From the NCBI RefSeq assembly GCF_004010195.1, contig NC_057754.1:5443781-5507780 (forward strand): a stretch of 64,000 bases of DNA. Direction: 5' to 3'. Made by a program: the position numbers and the translations under genes. The notes under the pieces are model-generated. The model did no database searches and had not been told where the DNA came from. It saw nothing but the letters and a program-made list of their open reading frames with translations. The stretch is from Chiloscyllium plagiosum (taxonomy: Eukaryota). Each line of letters begins with the position of its first letter. The stretch's first letter is position 1. Shown here one piece after another: positions 1 to 14,700 of the stretch.

Positions 1-369
1 TGTGTGTGGAATGAACTTCCAGAGGAAGTGGTGCTTGTGGGTACAATTACAACTTTTAAAAGACATTTGGATAGCTACATGAATAGGAAAGGGTTTGGAG
101 GGATATTGGCCAGAAGCAGGCAGCTGGGACTAGTTTAGTTTGGGATCATGGTCGACACAGACTGGTTGGACAGGAATTCCTGATGAAGAGCGTATGCTCG
201 AAACATCGACTCTCCTGCTCCTTGGATTCTGCCTGACCAGCTGCGCTTTTCCAGCACCACAACTCTATTTAAGCCCATGTCTCTACAAACAGTAGGCAAC
301 ACACAGCAAACGGGTGAATGACTCACCAGTATCATTACATTGCACTGTTAGAACATACAACATACAGCA

Positions 370-2500
370 TTACAACGCAGTACAGGCACTTCGGCCCTCG
401 ATGCTGTGCCGACCTGTGAAACCGAGCTGAAGCCTACACTATTCCATTATCATCCATATGTTTATCCAATGACTGCAGTGCGTTCCACACCCCTACAAGT
501 CTCTGAATAAAGAATCTATCTTTGACATCTGTTCTATTATCTATCAGCCCTCAGTTTAAAACTATGTCCCCTCGTGCTAGCCATCACCATCTGAGGGAAA
601 AGGCTCTCATTGATAAACCATAAATAATCCTCTCATCATCTTGTATGTCTCTATTAAGTCACCTCTCAACCTTCTTCTCTAACAAAAACAGCCTCAAGTC
701 CCTCAGCCTTTCCTCATAAGATCCTCCCTCCATACCAGGCAACATCCTGCTAAATCTCCTCTGCACCCTTTCCAAAGCTTCCACATCCTTCCTATAATGC
801 AGCGACCAGAACTTTACGCAGTACTCCAAGTGCGGCCGCACCAGGGTTTTTTGCAGTTGCCACATGACCTCACGGCTCTGAAACTCAATCCCCCTACCAA
901 TAAAAGCTGACATAACTGTATGCCTTCTTAACAACCCTACCAATCTGGGTGGCAACTTTCAGAGATCTTTCTGCTAATCCACACTACTAAGAATCTTACT
1001 ATTAGCCCAGTACTCTGCATTCCTGTTATTCCTTCCAAAGTGAATCACTTCACACTTTTCCACATTAAACTCCAGCCCAGCTCTGCAGCTTATCTATGCT
1101 CCTCTGTAACCTACAACATCCTTCCACACTGTCCACAACTCCATCGGCTTTAGTGTCATCCAAAATTTACTAACCCATCCTTTTACACCCTCATCCAGGT
1201 CATTTATAAAAATGAAAAACAGCAGTGTCCCCAAAACAGATCCTTGCAGTACACCACTAGTAACTGAACTCCAGGATGAACATTTCCCATCAACCACCAT
1301 CCTCTGTCTTCTTTGAGCTCGCCAATTTCTGATCCAAATCGCTCTATCACCTTCAAGCCCAAACCTCTGTATTTTCTGCAACACCTTACTGAAATCCATA
1401 TACACCACATCAACCACTTTACCCTCATCCACCTGTTTGGTCACCTTCTCAAAGAATCTCAAAGGTTTCACCTTCACAAAACCATGTTGACTATCCCTAA
1501 TCAAATGATTCCTGTCTAGATGATTATAAATCCCATCTCTTATAATCCTTTTCAACACCTTACCCACAACCGGAGTAAGGCTCCCTGGTCTATAATTACC
1601 AGGGCTGTCTCTACTCCCCTTCTTGAACAAGGAGACAACATTTGCTACCCTCCAGTCTTCTGGCACTATTCCTGTAGACAATGACGACATAAAGATCAAA
1701 GCCAAGTGCTCTGCAATCTACTCCCTAGCTTCCCAGAGAATCCTAGGATAAATCCCATCTGGCCCAGGGGACTTATCTATTTTCACACTTTCCAGAACTA
1801 CTAACTCCTCCTCGTTATGAACCTCAATCCTGACTCGTCCAGTAGCCTGTTTCTCAGTATTCTCCTTTGCAACATTGTCTTTTCTCTCTGTGAATACTGA
1901 CAAAAAATATTCATTTAGCTCCTCTCCTATGTCTTCGAACTCCACGCACAACTTTCCATTACTGTCCTTGACAGGCCCTAATCTTACTCTAGTCATTCTT
2001 TTATTCCTGACATAGCTATAGAAGGCTTTAGGGTTTTTCTTGATCCTACCTTGCAAAAACTTCTCATGTCCTCTCCTGGCTCTTCTTAGCTCCCTCTTTA
2101 GGTCCAGCATGGCTAACTTGTAACACTCAAGCGCCCTGAGCCTTCACGCCTCATCTTTACATGAACCTCCTTCTTCCTCTTGACAAAATATTCAACTTCT
2201 TTAGTAAACACTGGTTCCCTCGCTCAACTACTTCCTCCCTGCCTGACAGGTACATACTTATCAAGGACACGCAGTAACTATCCCTGGATGCTCCACATTT
2301 CAGTTGTGCCCATTCCCTGCCGTTTCCTTTCCCATCCTATGCATCCTAAATCTTGCCTAATTTCATCCTAATTGCCTACCCCCCAGCTATAATCCTTGCC
2401 CTGTGGTATATATCTATTCCTCTCCATCGCTAAAGTAAACTTAACCGAATTGTGGTCACTATCACCAAACTGCTCACCTATCTCCAAATCTAATGCCTGT
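370..2500 (-). mobile_element. CR1/HER1-type LINE, degraded ORF2 (RT) and 3' UTR
   Basis: Translated motifs [36 protein letters not shown]; frameshifted. Confidence 0.9.
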
Positions 2501-2561
2501 TAAACATGCAAAACTACTCTTTCCTTTCCCCTGAATTTGACCCTGTCTTTGCCATTGACAG

Positions 2562-2716
2562 GTTCGGGAGGCGGAGTCTCCTGCTGTGGTCCCACTTCCA
2601 GATGGCAGTGTCGGGAACCTGCGCTGCGTTCTCCTCCTCCTATCCCTTGCTCTGCTTCTGGAGGTTTCTCTGTGGGATGGCAACATCGGGGCTGATCCTC
2701 AACGCTTTCTCCCTGC
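2562..2716 (+). CDS. SLC22 gene A exon 3 (155 nt): [51 protein letters not shown]
   Basis: acag| acceptor, |gtaagt donor; MFS FGRR motif. Confidence 0.93.
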
Positions 2717-5700
2717 GTAAGTGAAATGTGCTCCACATCGTGTCGGTGCCACATGGGCTCTCATCAGAGAACTCTCTAACGACGCCTTCAAACACACACC
2801 TATTCCCACCACCCATCCAGTAAAAGCAATAACAATATCCCCGAGGTGCTCACAGGCTTGCTGAGTACTAAAGCAGATCAAATCTTATTTTGGACGCCCT
2901 TGACTTAATTCAGCATTCTGTCTCTTTCTCTCTGTCCCTCACCAACTGTTCTCTCTGTGCAAAAGAAAGCAGGCAGCACGTCAATCTCAGTATCTTCGCT
3001 CATCTAAAGCTTCTATTCAAATAGCCTTCCAACTTGGCACTGCCCTCATGAAGGGCTTAGGCCCGAGACGTCGATTCTCCTGCTCCTCGGATGCTGCCTG
3101 ACCTGCTGTGCTTCTCCAGCACCACACACTCTCGACTCTGATCTCCAGCCTCCGCAGTCCTCACTTTCTCCTAAAGTTTCCCTTCAGACGAGCTATTAAC
3201 CGCCGCATGTGATCCTGACAGTGTCAGGCCATCCTTACTTCCTGAAATAGTCAAATCCCATTGTATGACTCGCTTGAGGGCCCTCTTGTGGTGCAGAGAC
3301 AGTGTCCCTCTCCCTGGACCAAGGGTTCAAGTCCCACCTGTTCCAGAGGTGTGTCATTAGGTTGCTGAGCAGGTTGGTTATAAAAATAGGTTAACAACAA
3401 AAATATATAAAGTTGTTTGATTTGAGCGACCAGATTCAATCTCCGATGGAGAAATGATTTTCAGAACATAGTGGTGCTTTACTTCTTGTTGAATCCGGAA
3501 GATTCTATCAAGGGGAGTGCACCTCTTGACAACCTTCTGGTGATGTACATCGGCTTCTCATCTTTGTAATTCACTTCCAAAGGATATCAGTGCAAACCAA
3601 GTAATATCCTTTGAGGAGGTGTTTTTGAGGGAATGAATCATACTGTCACCTGCACTTTAGAGTGAAAAATATAGTAAAATACTGTAAACTGCTTTCACTG
3701 TTGGTCATGAATAACAGACAAGGTCTTTTCCCTGGGGTGGGGGAGTCCAGAACTAAAGATTCAGGGTGAAAGGGGAAAGATATAAAAGGGACCTGAGGGG
3801 CAACTTTTTCACACAGAGGGTGGTGCGTGTGTGGAATGAGCTGCCAGAGGAAGTGGTGGAGGCTGGTACAATGACAACATTTAAAAGGCATCTGGATGGG
3901 TATGTGAATAGGAAGGGTTTAGAGGGATATGGGTCAAGTGCTGGCAAATGGGACTAGATTAGTTTAGGATATCTGGTCGGCATGAACGGGTTGGACTGAA
4001 GGGTCTGTTTCTGTGCTGTACATCTCTATGACACGATGACTATGATTCAGGCATCATTTTGAATAGTTTAGGAATAAATAAAACAAAAAGATACATTTGT
4101 TTTGCCGAGAACACAGGAGGTTGAGGAGGCAGCCTGACAGAGGTTTATAAGATTGTGAATGGCATGGATAGAGTGGAAAATAGAGGTTTTTTCCTAGGGT
4201 AGAGGAGTTAGTTACCAGGTTCAAGGTGTGGGGGAGGGGATGTTTCAAAGAGATGTGCGAGGCAAATTTTTCACACAAAGGGTGGTGAATGCCTGGAACG
4301 TGCTGCCAGAAGAGATGGTGGAAGCAGACACAATAGCAGCATTCAAGAAGCACCTGGGATAGGAAGGGAATAGAGGGATACGGATCCTGTGAGCAAAGAC
4401 AGTTTTAGTATGGATGGGCAAAATGTGTTGGTGCAGGCTTGGAGGGCCGAAGGACCGGTATTGTTATATAGTCATAGAGCCATACAGTACGGAAACAGAC
4501 CCTTCAGTTCAACCAGTCCATGTCAAACATAATCCCAAACTACATTAGTCGCACCTGCCTGTTCCTGACGAAGGAGCAGTGCTCTGAAAGCTTGATTTCA
4601 AATAAACCCGCTGGACTATAACCTGGTGTCATGTGACTTCTGACAATCTCTGATGTCAAAAATGGAAGAACTTTCAATTTGTGTCCGAGCCTCCCACCTC
4701 CTTTATAGGAGCAAATGCTATGAAAATCCATTCAATCCTGACTACTCACTTCTGACACCGTGCGTGTGAAAAATACTCACCATTAACACTTTTACTAAAA
4801 AAAGATTAGATTGCAAGTATTGCGAGCTACAATGGATTTCTCCCGAAGTTTCCTTTAAAAGTGAGAAGTGTGGTTATTGGCGAGTCAGAGTGGAGCAGGA
4901 AAAAGCACAGCAGGCCAAGCAGCATCAGAGGAGGAAGGGGATTTGACGTTTCAGGCTGGAACCTTTCATCTGTCCTGAAACATCGGCTGCCCTTCTCCTC
5001 TCCAATCTGATTCACTGTTTGTCAACTTCAGTAACGGCACAACCAGTGTCTTTAATTCAGTGCCCTGAATCCATTTTTGTCTTCCTTCTAGGGGTTGAAT
5101 GGATCCCAACAAGATTTCGAACCTCTGTTGAAATGATTAGTAATTACGTTTACACTACTGGTCAAATGACCCTGGCTGCTGTAGCTTACGGAATCCAACA
5201 CTGGCGCTGGATTCAGTTGACACTCTCTGTACCATTTTCCGTCTTCTTCTTTTATTCCTGGTAAAGTCAAAAATTATTGATCTCTTTTACGACCTGGAGA
5301 ACAAATGGTCTGTCAGTACATATTAGGGTAAGGTTAGATGGAATGCGGGAAAGGATAACTAGATGAAATGATGTGAGTGACAAGAACAAAGAACTTTTAG
5401 AAACCACGTACGGGGATTTTCTTAAAGCGCAAAAAGGTAGAACTTAGAAGTCATGCTTTCTGGTTGGTCTTCCACCAATATTTGGAAAAGGGGACGAGCG
5501 TGCTCAGAAATATTGAAAAGGCAAATGAATGACAAACAACATGGTGCAACAACATGAATGGTGTGGTGGCTCAGCGGTTAGCACTCCTGCCTCACATCCG
5601 TAGGGATCTGGGTTCAATTCTACTCTTGGGTGACTGTCTGTGTGGAGTTTGCCCGTTGACTGCGTGGGGTGTGCTCTGGTTTTTCTCCCACACTCTTAAA

Positions 5701-8700
5701 ACATAGGAGCAGAAATTTAGGCTATTCAGCCCATCGAGTATGCTCCACCATTCAATTGTGGCTGATAAGATTCTCAACCCCATTATCCCTTGACATTCAA
5801 GAACCTATCTATCTCAGTCTTAAACGTATTCAATGACCTGACCATTGCCTTCTGTGGCAATGAATTAAAATTTGTGTAGGTTAGGGTGGATTGGCCATGC
5901 TGGGATGTGCAGGCGAGGTGGGTTATGAGGTGTCCTCATTCCTGATGAATGGCTTTTGCCCGAAACGTCAATTTTCCTGCTCCTCGGATGCTGCCTGACC
6001 TGCTGTGCTTTTCCAGCACCACACTCTTGACTCTAATCTCCAGCATCTGCAGTCACCACTCTTGCCTAGGTGGGTTAGCCGTGGGGAACGCAGGGATAGG
6101 GAAGTGAGACGGGTCTGGGTGGGATGCTATTGGGAAGGTCGGTGTGGACTCAATCGCTGGAATGGCCTGCTTCCTCGCTGCAGGGATTCCATGATCCTAA
6201 GGAAAATAATGTGTTTGCATAGAAAACCAAGATATTAATTAGATTAGATTAGATTCCCTACAGTGTGGAAGCAGGCCCTTCAGCCCAACAAGTCCACACC
6301 GACCCTCCGAAGAGTAACCTACCCAGACCCATTCCCTATATTTACCCCTGACTAATGCACCTATCACTATGGGCAATTTAGCACGGCCAATTCACCTGAC
6401 CTGCACATCTTTGGACTCCACAATTAAGTTCAATAAGATCTTTTTGCGGACTCAGCTCCACTAACCCGTCCACTCACCCAAACCCTTGATTCATTTACTG
6501 TTCAAAAATCTATCTATCTTCGTCTTAAAAACATTTAATGAGGTTGCCTCACTGGGCAGAGAATTCCATACATTCGCAATCCTTTGGGTGAAGACATTCC
6601 TCCTCAACTCAGTCCTAAGTCTTCTCCTTCTTACTTTGAGATGCTATGTCCCCTACCTCTAGTTTCACATGCCAGTGGAAACAACCTCTCTGCTTCTGCT
6701 TTCTGTTCCCTTCATGTTTCTATGAGATCTCCCCTCGTTCTTATAAATTCCAATGAGTATGATCCCAGTCTACTCAATCTCTCCTCATACGCCAATCCTC
6801 TCAATTCCAGAATCAACCTGGTGAACCTCCTCTGCGCCAGTGCCAGTAGATTCTTTCTCAAGTAAGGAGACCAAAACTGTTCACAGTACTCCAGATATGG
6901 CCTCACCAGCACCCTGTAAAGCTGCAGAATGTGCTCCCTGTTTACAAACTCCATCTCTCTGGCAATGAAGGACAGTATTCCATTTACTAGAGGAACAATT
7001 TGTTATGAAGGACCACAGGGGAGTAGGGATAATGTGACTCCGTGGAGGTTAGAAAGCTTCTTTCGTTAGACAACTGTGACATCAAAGAACAAAGGTCAGC
7101 GAAAGCTACATCCTGGACATGCAGGTCTACAAAAGACAGAGGACAACTTGATCTGTGGAGAGATATGAGGCGAAGAGAAAGGAGGAACAAAAATGTTTTA
7201 ATGAGAAACTTCTATAGAGGGAAGCATTGACTTGTAAATTTCAGTGGTTTAATGTCAGAGTGACCTAGTGTTTAACGTTCAGTAGCAGAAACACTTCATT
7301 TTGAAAATGTTCAAGAAATGGAAATCATAAAAAAGCAGGAGACAGGTAGAAGGGGCTAAATTCTTGAAACCAAATCATAGAAACCCCTACAGTGTCTAGG
7401 GATGTGCAGGCAGGGTGAATTAGCCAAGGCTGAAAATGTGTTGCTGGAAAAGCGCAGCAGGTCAGGCAGCATCCAGGGAACAGGAGAATCGACGTTTCGG
7501 GCATAAGCCCTTCTTCAGGAATGAGGAAAGTTTGTCCAGCAGGCTAAGATAAAAGGTAGGGAGGAGGGACTTGGGGGAGGGGTGTCGGAAATGTGATAGG
7601 TGGAAAGAGGTCAAGGTGAGGGTGATAGGTCAGACTGGTGGAGTGGGGGGGGGAGTTGAAGTGTTGAGCCACAGGGTGGTTGGGTTGTTTGGTCCGGGTG
7701 TCCCAGAGGTGTTCTCTGAAACGCTCCGCAAGTAGCCGGCCTGTCTCCCCAATATAGAGGAGGCCACATCGGGTGCAGAGGATGCAATCGATGATGTGTG
7801 TGGAGGTGCAGGTGAATCTGTGGCGGATATGGAAGTTTGATTAGCCAAGGGAAATGCAGGGTTATAGGGTAGAATGATGTCTTTGGGTGGAATGCTCTTC
7901 AGAGAGTTGGTTTGGACTCAGTGGGGCAAAGGGCCTGTTTCCACCGCTCAGGGATTCTATGAAGTTAAGACCTAGGCAGCAGTGTTTTGGATGACCTCAA
8001 GTTTATGTGTGATACAACTTGGGGGTCCTGCCTAGAATGAGTTAAAATAATCAACTATAAAGATATGATGTGGAGGTGCCAGTGTTGGACTGGAGTGGAC
8101 AAAGTCAGGAATCACATGACACCACGTTATAGTGAATCAGGCTTATTAGATATCACAAGCTTTCGGAGCACTGCCCCTTCACCTGACAAAAGGGCTGCAT
8201 TCCAACAGTTTATGATTTCAAATAAATCTGTTGGACTAAAACCTGGTGTCATGTGACTTCTAACTAGAAAGACAACAGAAGTAACACTGAGAGATTCAGT
8301 GGCAGACTGGTTAAAAGTCTTGCTCATTAGAATTTAACCTCAAAACGTAAGATGAGCTAAAAATACATTCAAGTTGAAATTCATAGTTTTATTTTTAATT
8401 GCAGTATGGTTTGTGTCTCTCAGTATAATATAGTTTGTCGTAAAATGCACTCCTGAAAGCCCAGTGGGTGATGGGACAGGTATTGAACTAAGGAGGTCCT
8501 GGCTTTAATCGTCATCCTGTGTGAAATTATCCAGTCTCATCTGGGTCATGAGTAATAGTGCAACTATAATTAATCTTCATTTCCTTCAGATGGGAAGGGA
8601 AAGGATGTTTATTGCCACACTTGGTCAATTGAGCCCCACCAGAGTCATAGGGTCATAGAGATATACAGCACGGAAATAAGACCTTTTGGTCCAACTCGTC

Positions 8701-11700
8701 CATGCTGACCAGATACCCTAAATTAATGTAGTCCTATTTGCCAGCATTTGCCAGCATATCCCTCTAAACACTGACAATTCATGTAATTATCCAGATGCCT
8801 TTTAAATGTTGTCATTGAACCAGCCTCCACCGCTTCCTCTGGCAGCTCATTCCATACACGCACCACCCTCTGTGTGAAAAGGTTGCCTCTTAGGTCCCTC
8901 TCCTTAAATCTCTCCCCTCACACCGTATACCTATGCCCTCTAGTTATGGACTCCCCTAGCCTGGGGGAAAAGACCTTGACTATACACCCTATCCATGCCC
9001 CTGCCATAGGAAAGATGTTGTTAAACCTGAAATGGTACAGAAAAGATTTACAAGGATGTTGCTGGGGTTGGAGCATTTGAGCTGTAGGGAGAGGCTGAAT
9101 AGGCTGGGGCTGTTTTCCTGGAGCGTAGGAGGCTGAAGGGTGACATTATCGAGGTTTATAAAATCACGAGGGGCACGGATAGGATGAATAGTCAGGTCTT
9201 TTTCCCTCGGTAGGGGAGTCCAAACCCAGAGGGTATAGGTTTAGGATGAGAGGGGGAAGGTTTAAAAGGGACCTGAGGAGTAATGGTTTCACACAGAGGG
9301 TGGTGTGTGGTCATCTGGATGGGTATATGAATTGAAAGAGTTGAGAGGGATATGGGCCAGATGATGGCAAATGGGACTAGATTAATTTAGGATATCTGAA
9401 GAAGTAACAAAGAGGATGGATGAGGGCAGAGCAGTGGATGCGATCCAAATGGACTTCAGTAAGATGTTCAACAAGGTTCCCCATAGGAGACTGGTTAGCA
9501 AGGTTGGATCTCATGGAATAGAGGGAGAACTAGCCATTTGGATACAGAACTGGCTCAAAGGTAGAAGATAGAGGGTGGTGGTGGAAGGTTGCTTTTCAGA
9601 CTGGAGGCCTGTGACCAGTGGAGTGCCACAAGGATCGGTGCTGGGCCCTCTATTTTTTGTCATTTCTCTAAATGATTTTGATATGAACATAGCAGGGAGA
9701 TGTTAGTAAGTTTGCAGATGACACCAAAATTAGAGGTGTAGTGGACAGCGAAGAAGGTTACCTCAGAGTACAATGGGATCTTGATTAGATGAGCCAATGG
9801 GCTTAGCAGTGGCAGATGAAGTTTAATTTAGATAAATGCGAGGTGCTGCATTTTGGAAAAGCAAATCAGAGCAGGACTTAAAACCTTAATGGTAAGGTCC
9901 GAGGGAGTGTTGCTGAACAAAGAGACCTTGGAGTGTAGGTTCATTGTTCCTTGAAAGTTAAGTCACAGGTCGATAGGATATTGAAGCCTCCTTTATTGGT
10001 CAGCATATTGAGTATAGGAGTTGGGAGGTCATGTTGCAGCTGTACAGGGTATTGGTTAAGCCACTTTTGGAATACTACTTGCAATTCTGGTCTCCCTCCT
10101 ATCGGAAGGATGTTGTGAAACTTGAAAGAGTTCAGAAAAGATTTACAAGGACGTTGCCAGGGTTGGAGGGTTTGAGCTACAGGGAGAGGCTGAATAGGCT
10201 GGGACTGTTTTCCCTGGGGCGTCGGAGGCTGAAGTGTGATCTTATAGTGATATATAAAATCATGAGGGGCATGGATAGGGTAAATGGACATCCCTGGGAT
10301 GGGGATGTCCAGAAATAGAATGCATAGGTTTAGGGTTAGAGGGGAAAGTTATGAAAGGAATCTAAGTAGCAACATTGTCACACAGAGGGTGGTGTGTGTA
10401 TGGAACGAGTTACCAGAGGAAGTGGTGGAGGCTGGTGCAATTGCAGCATTTAAAAGGCATCTGGACTGGACATGAATAGGAAGGGTTTAGAAGGATATGG
10501 GCCAAGTGCTGGCAAATGGGACTAGATTAGGTTAGGATATCTGCTCGGCACGGACGAGTTTAACTGAAGGGTCTGTTTCCGTGCTGTCCATCAAACCAAT
10601 CTTAAAAAAAGCATCCCACCCAGACTCATTCCATCCCTGTATTTCCCATAGTTAATCCACCTCACCTATATATCGTTGGACTGTGGAAAGAAACCAGTGT
10701 ACCCAGCAGAAACCCACACAAACATGGGGAGATCATGCAAACTCCATACAGACAGTCACCCGAGGGTGGATTCGAACCTGGGTCCCTGGTGCTGTGAGGG
10801 AGCAGTACTAATGGCCGAGCCACCATACCACCCCACATTCAGTTGGTTCCAGAGGACTGAAAGTTAGGGATAAGATCATTGATCAAAGTTTGATCCTTTG
10901 GAGCTGAGCAATTTTGTCAGGTCTGTATTTAGATGAAATTAACTCGGAATTGATCTGAAGTACAGTACAGTTGTTCAGCTGTGGAACTCTACAGGATATA
11001 AATGTCGCTAAAGCTCTCTTTGCAATTAAATTGGAGGAAGAAAGTTCAACTCTAAATGGAATAGTTACCTATTTAACTTCTGGTGCAATCAAAGATTCAT
11101 AAACCCATACGAAACATGAAGAGGAGTAGGCCACTCAGCCCTTGAGTCTGCTCCGCCATTCAACAGGATCCGACATTCCTCACATCCACTTCCCTGTCCT
11201 TTTCCCCATAACCCTCGATTCCCCGACCGATCAAGAATCCATCTATCAGCCTTGAACATACACAAGGCCCACAATTCTCTGTGGCAAGGAGTCCCAACTC
11301 TCTGAGAGAGGAAACCCCTCCTTATCTCAGCCTTAAATTGTTGCCCCTCAATTCCGAGACTTTGCCCTCTGGTCCTGGACCTTCCCATCAGGGGGAACAT
11401 CCTCTCAGCATTGACCCTGTCAAGCCCCTTAAGAATCCTATACATTCCAATGAGACCGCCTCTCACTCTACTGAATGAATTAGCAATGAACCAGCTCAGA
11501 CCTGTCCACTTGTGCCAGAACCTTCATGATTGAAGGCATCAACTGAGGATAGAATAAAGTCTTCCTGGGATTCTCTCGTAACTGGCATTCCAATCAATGC
11601 TCAGAAATGAAGATCATTACTCTGTCATTTGTACACACCACTGCTGAAGTAAACTTCCTAACTCCAGGAAGGTTTGGCGAAGGAGGGATAATGGAAATAA

Positions 11701-14700
11701 AGGAGAAGTGTTGTTGAGTGATGAGAATGGCTCCTGCCTTGTTATTGCAATGATGTTTAGCTATCAATTAAAGTAGCTCCAGTGCTATGGTGTCCACTTA
11801 TATCACCTAGAATTACTTGAGAGAATGTTTTACCGTGGAGGTAATAATCCCTGGGTATGTGTGTGTGGTCCTTGTCACAAGGTGGTTGCCAGAATCTGCT
11901 CGTTGGCTCATTCTGAACGACAAGGCTGACGTCGCTCTAGAACAGCTCAGGAGGGTAGCCAAGACAAACGGCAAGGAGGTTAAAGGGAAAGAACTCACTC
12001 TCGAAGTAAGTGATGACGTCACACACGATGTTTTACGCGGAGTACAAGAACTCACTACTCTTTGCAATTCTGACACATGTAGAGGTACAGAGGGTGGCAG
12101 GGTGCAGAGAAGCAGCCAATGTGGCTGACAATTAAGACTTAACACACAGACCCCCGAGCTCAGGAAGCTGGGGATTGTCAGAGACTGGAGAGTAATAAGG
12201 ATGAGAGAAAGAGGGAAGGCAAAACAGAGAAAAACATAACTATCACCGACCCTATTACAAGAAGAGATCCAAACAGGAGACAAGTGGAAAAGTTATCCAA
12301 AGTGCTTCCATAATCATACAATCCCTACAATGTGGAATTAGGCCATTTGGCCCATTGAGTCGACACTGACCCTCCAAAGGACATCCCACAAGAGCAGCCC
12401 CATCCCCCTACCCTATCCCTGCATTTCCCATGGCCAATCCACCCTAACCTGCACATCCCTGGACACTATAGGGCAATTTAGCACGGCCAATCCACCCTAA
12501 CCTGCACATCACTGGGCACTATGGGACAATTTAGCACGGCCAACCCACCCTAACCTGCACATCACTGGATACTATGGGACAATTTAGCACGGCCAATCCA
12601 CCCTAACCTGCACATCTCTGGGCACTATGGGACAATTTAGCACGGCCAATCCACCCTAACCTGCACATCCCTGGGCACTATGGGACAATTTAGCACGGCC
12701 AATCCACCCTAACCTGCACATCACTGGACACTATGGGACAATTTAGCACGGCCAATCCACCCTAACCTGCACATCACTGGACACTATGGGACAATTTAGC
12801 ACGGCCAATCCACCCTAACCTGCACATCCCTGGGCACTATGGGACAATTTAGCACGGCCAATCCACCCTAACCTGCACATCTCTGGGCACTATGAGACAA
12901 TTTAGCACGGCCAATCTACCCTAACCTGCACATCCCTGGGAACTATGGGACAGTTTAGCACGGCCAATCCACCCTGACCTGCACATCTCTGGACACTATA
13001 GGACAATTTAGCAAGGCCAATCCACCCTGACCTTACATCTCTGGACACTGGGACAATTTAGTATGGCCAATCCACCCGAACCTGCACATCCCTGGGCACT
13101 ATGGGACAATTAGCATAGCCAATCCACCCTAACCTACACATCCCTGGCCAGGATGGAGCAATTCAGCATGGCCAATCCATCTTAACCTACACATCCCTGG
13201 ACACTATAGATTAGATTACTTTACTTTTTTAGATTACTTTACAGTGTGGAAACAGGCCGTTCGGCCCAACAAGTCCACACCGACCCGCCGAAGCGTAACC
13301 CACCCATACCCCTACATTTACCCCTTACCTAACACTACGGGCAATTTAGCATGGCCAATTCACCTGACCTGCACATCTTTGTACTGTGGGAGGAAACCGG
13401 AGCACCCGGAGGAAACCCACGCAGACACGGGGAGAACGTGCAAACTCCACACAGTCAGTCGCCTGAGGCGGGAATTGAACCCGGGTCTCAGGCGCTGTGA
13501 GGCAGCAGTGCTAACCACTGTGCCACCGTGCCGCCCTCTTATGGGACAATTTAGCACGGCCATTCCACCCTAACCTGCACACGGGGCAGCATGGTGGGTC
13601 AGTGGTTAGCACTGCTGCCTCACAGCACCAGGGTCCCAGGATTGATTCCAGCCTCGGGTGACTGTCTGCACATTCTGCCCGTGTCTGTGTGGGTTTCCTC
13701 CGGGTGCTCCGGTTTCCTCCCACACTCCAAAGATGTGCAGGTCAGGTTAATTGGCTGTCCTAAACTGCCCATAGTGCTACGTGCATTAGTCAGAGGGAAA
13801 ATTAGTCTAGGTGGGTTACTCTTCGGAGGGTCGGTGTGAACTAGTTGGGCTGAAGAGCCTGTTTCCACACTGTAGGGAATCTAATCTAATCTAATCCCTG
13901 TACTCTATGGGACAATTTAGCATGGCCAATCCACCCTCATCTGCACATCTTTGGACTCTGGGAGGAAACCAGACCACGCCCACCCACAGCCAGACAGACA
14001 CGGGGAGAATGTGCAGTCACCTGAGGCTGGAATCGAACCTGGGTTCCTGGCGCCGAGAGGCATTGCAGGATTTTCCCAGAAATTCCAGCCATAAGACTGA
14101 TACCTGTAGCACTGACAGTCTGCTCAGTCATGACCAAAGATCAGGACAGCTTCCAGGAAATCATGTCTAAAGAAATAGTGACCATCGAATGTTCTCAATA
14201 GCTGGACAGATAAATTCAGTCTTTCCCAAGACATGGGGTAAATGATTTTTTATCTCAAAGAAAATTATTATTTCAGTGTAATTTGATTTGATTTGCTTTG
14301 CTTTATTTATTGCCACGTGTATTTTGTTACAAAACACAGTGAAAAGTGTTGCATAGTGTTGCCGCTCTCCAGTGCCATCTTAAACCACAGAAAAGTAAAC
14401 TGAAACATAGAATATAAAGGGGAAAAAACTAAAAGAATAGTGTCCAATTTTACAGTCCTTCTTGTTAAGGGCTCGGTCATGGGCCGTGGGCCTGCTGGCC
14501 AGGCACAAGTCCCCTTCGCCACGCCACCACTGGAACGAAGGCCGTCACTCTTCAGCACCATCTTGCGTTCACCGACCCACTCATCACTGTTAGTCTTCAC
14601 TGGATCTCACCAATGTAGATGCCACCAGATACCACACCGGCCCAAATTCAGCCAGCGCCATGTGTCTGCTTTGGGCCCACCTCACTGATATAGCAGCTGC

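Noticed and set aside
1094..2110. Functional reverse transcriptase (also 44885-47980)
   Set aside because: Frameshifted and stop-interrupted CR1 ORF2 remnants.
12427..13207. CRISPR-like regular repeats (and the six similar arrays)
   Set aside because: Units are contiguous with no unique spacers, match the HE1 SINE interior, and lie in vertebrate DNA with no cas genes.
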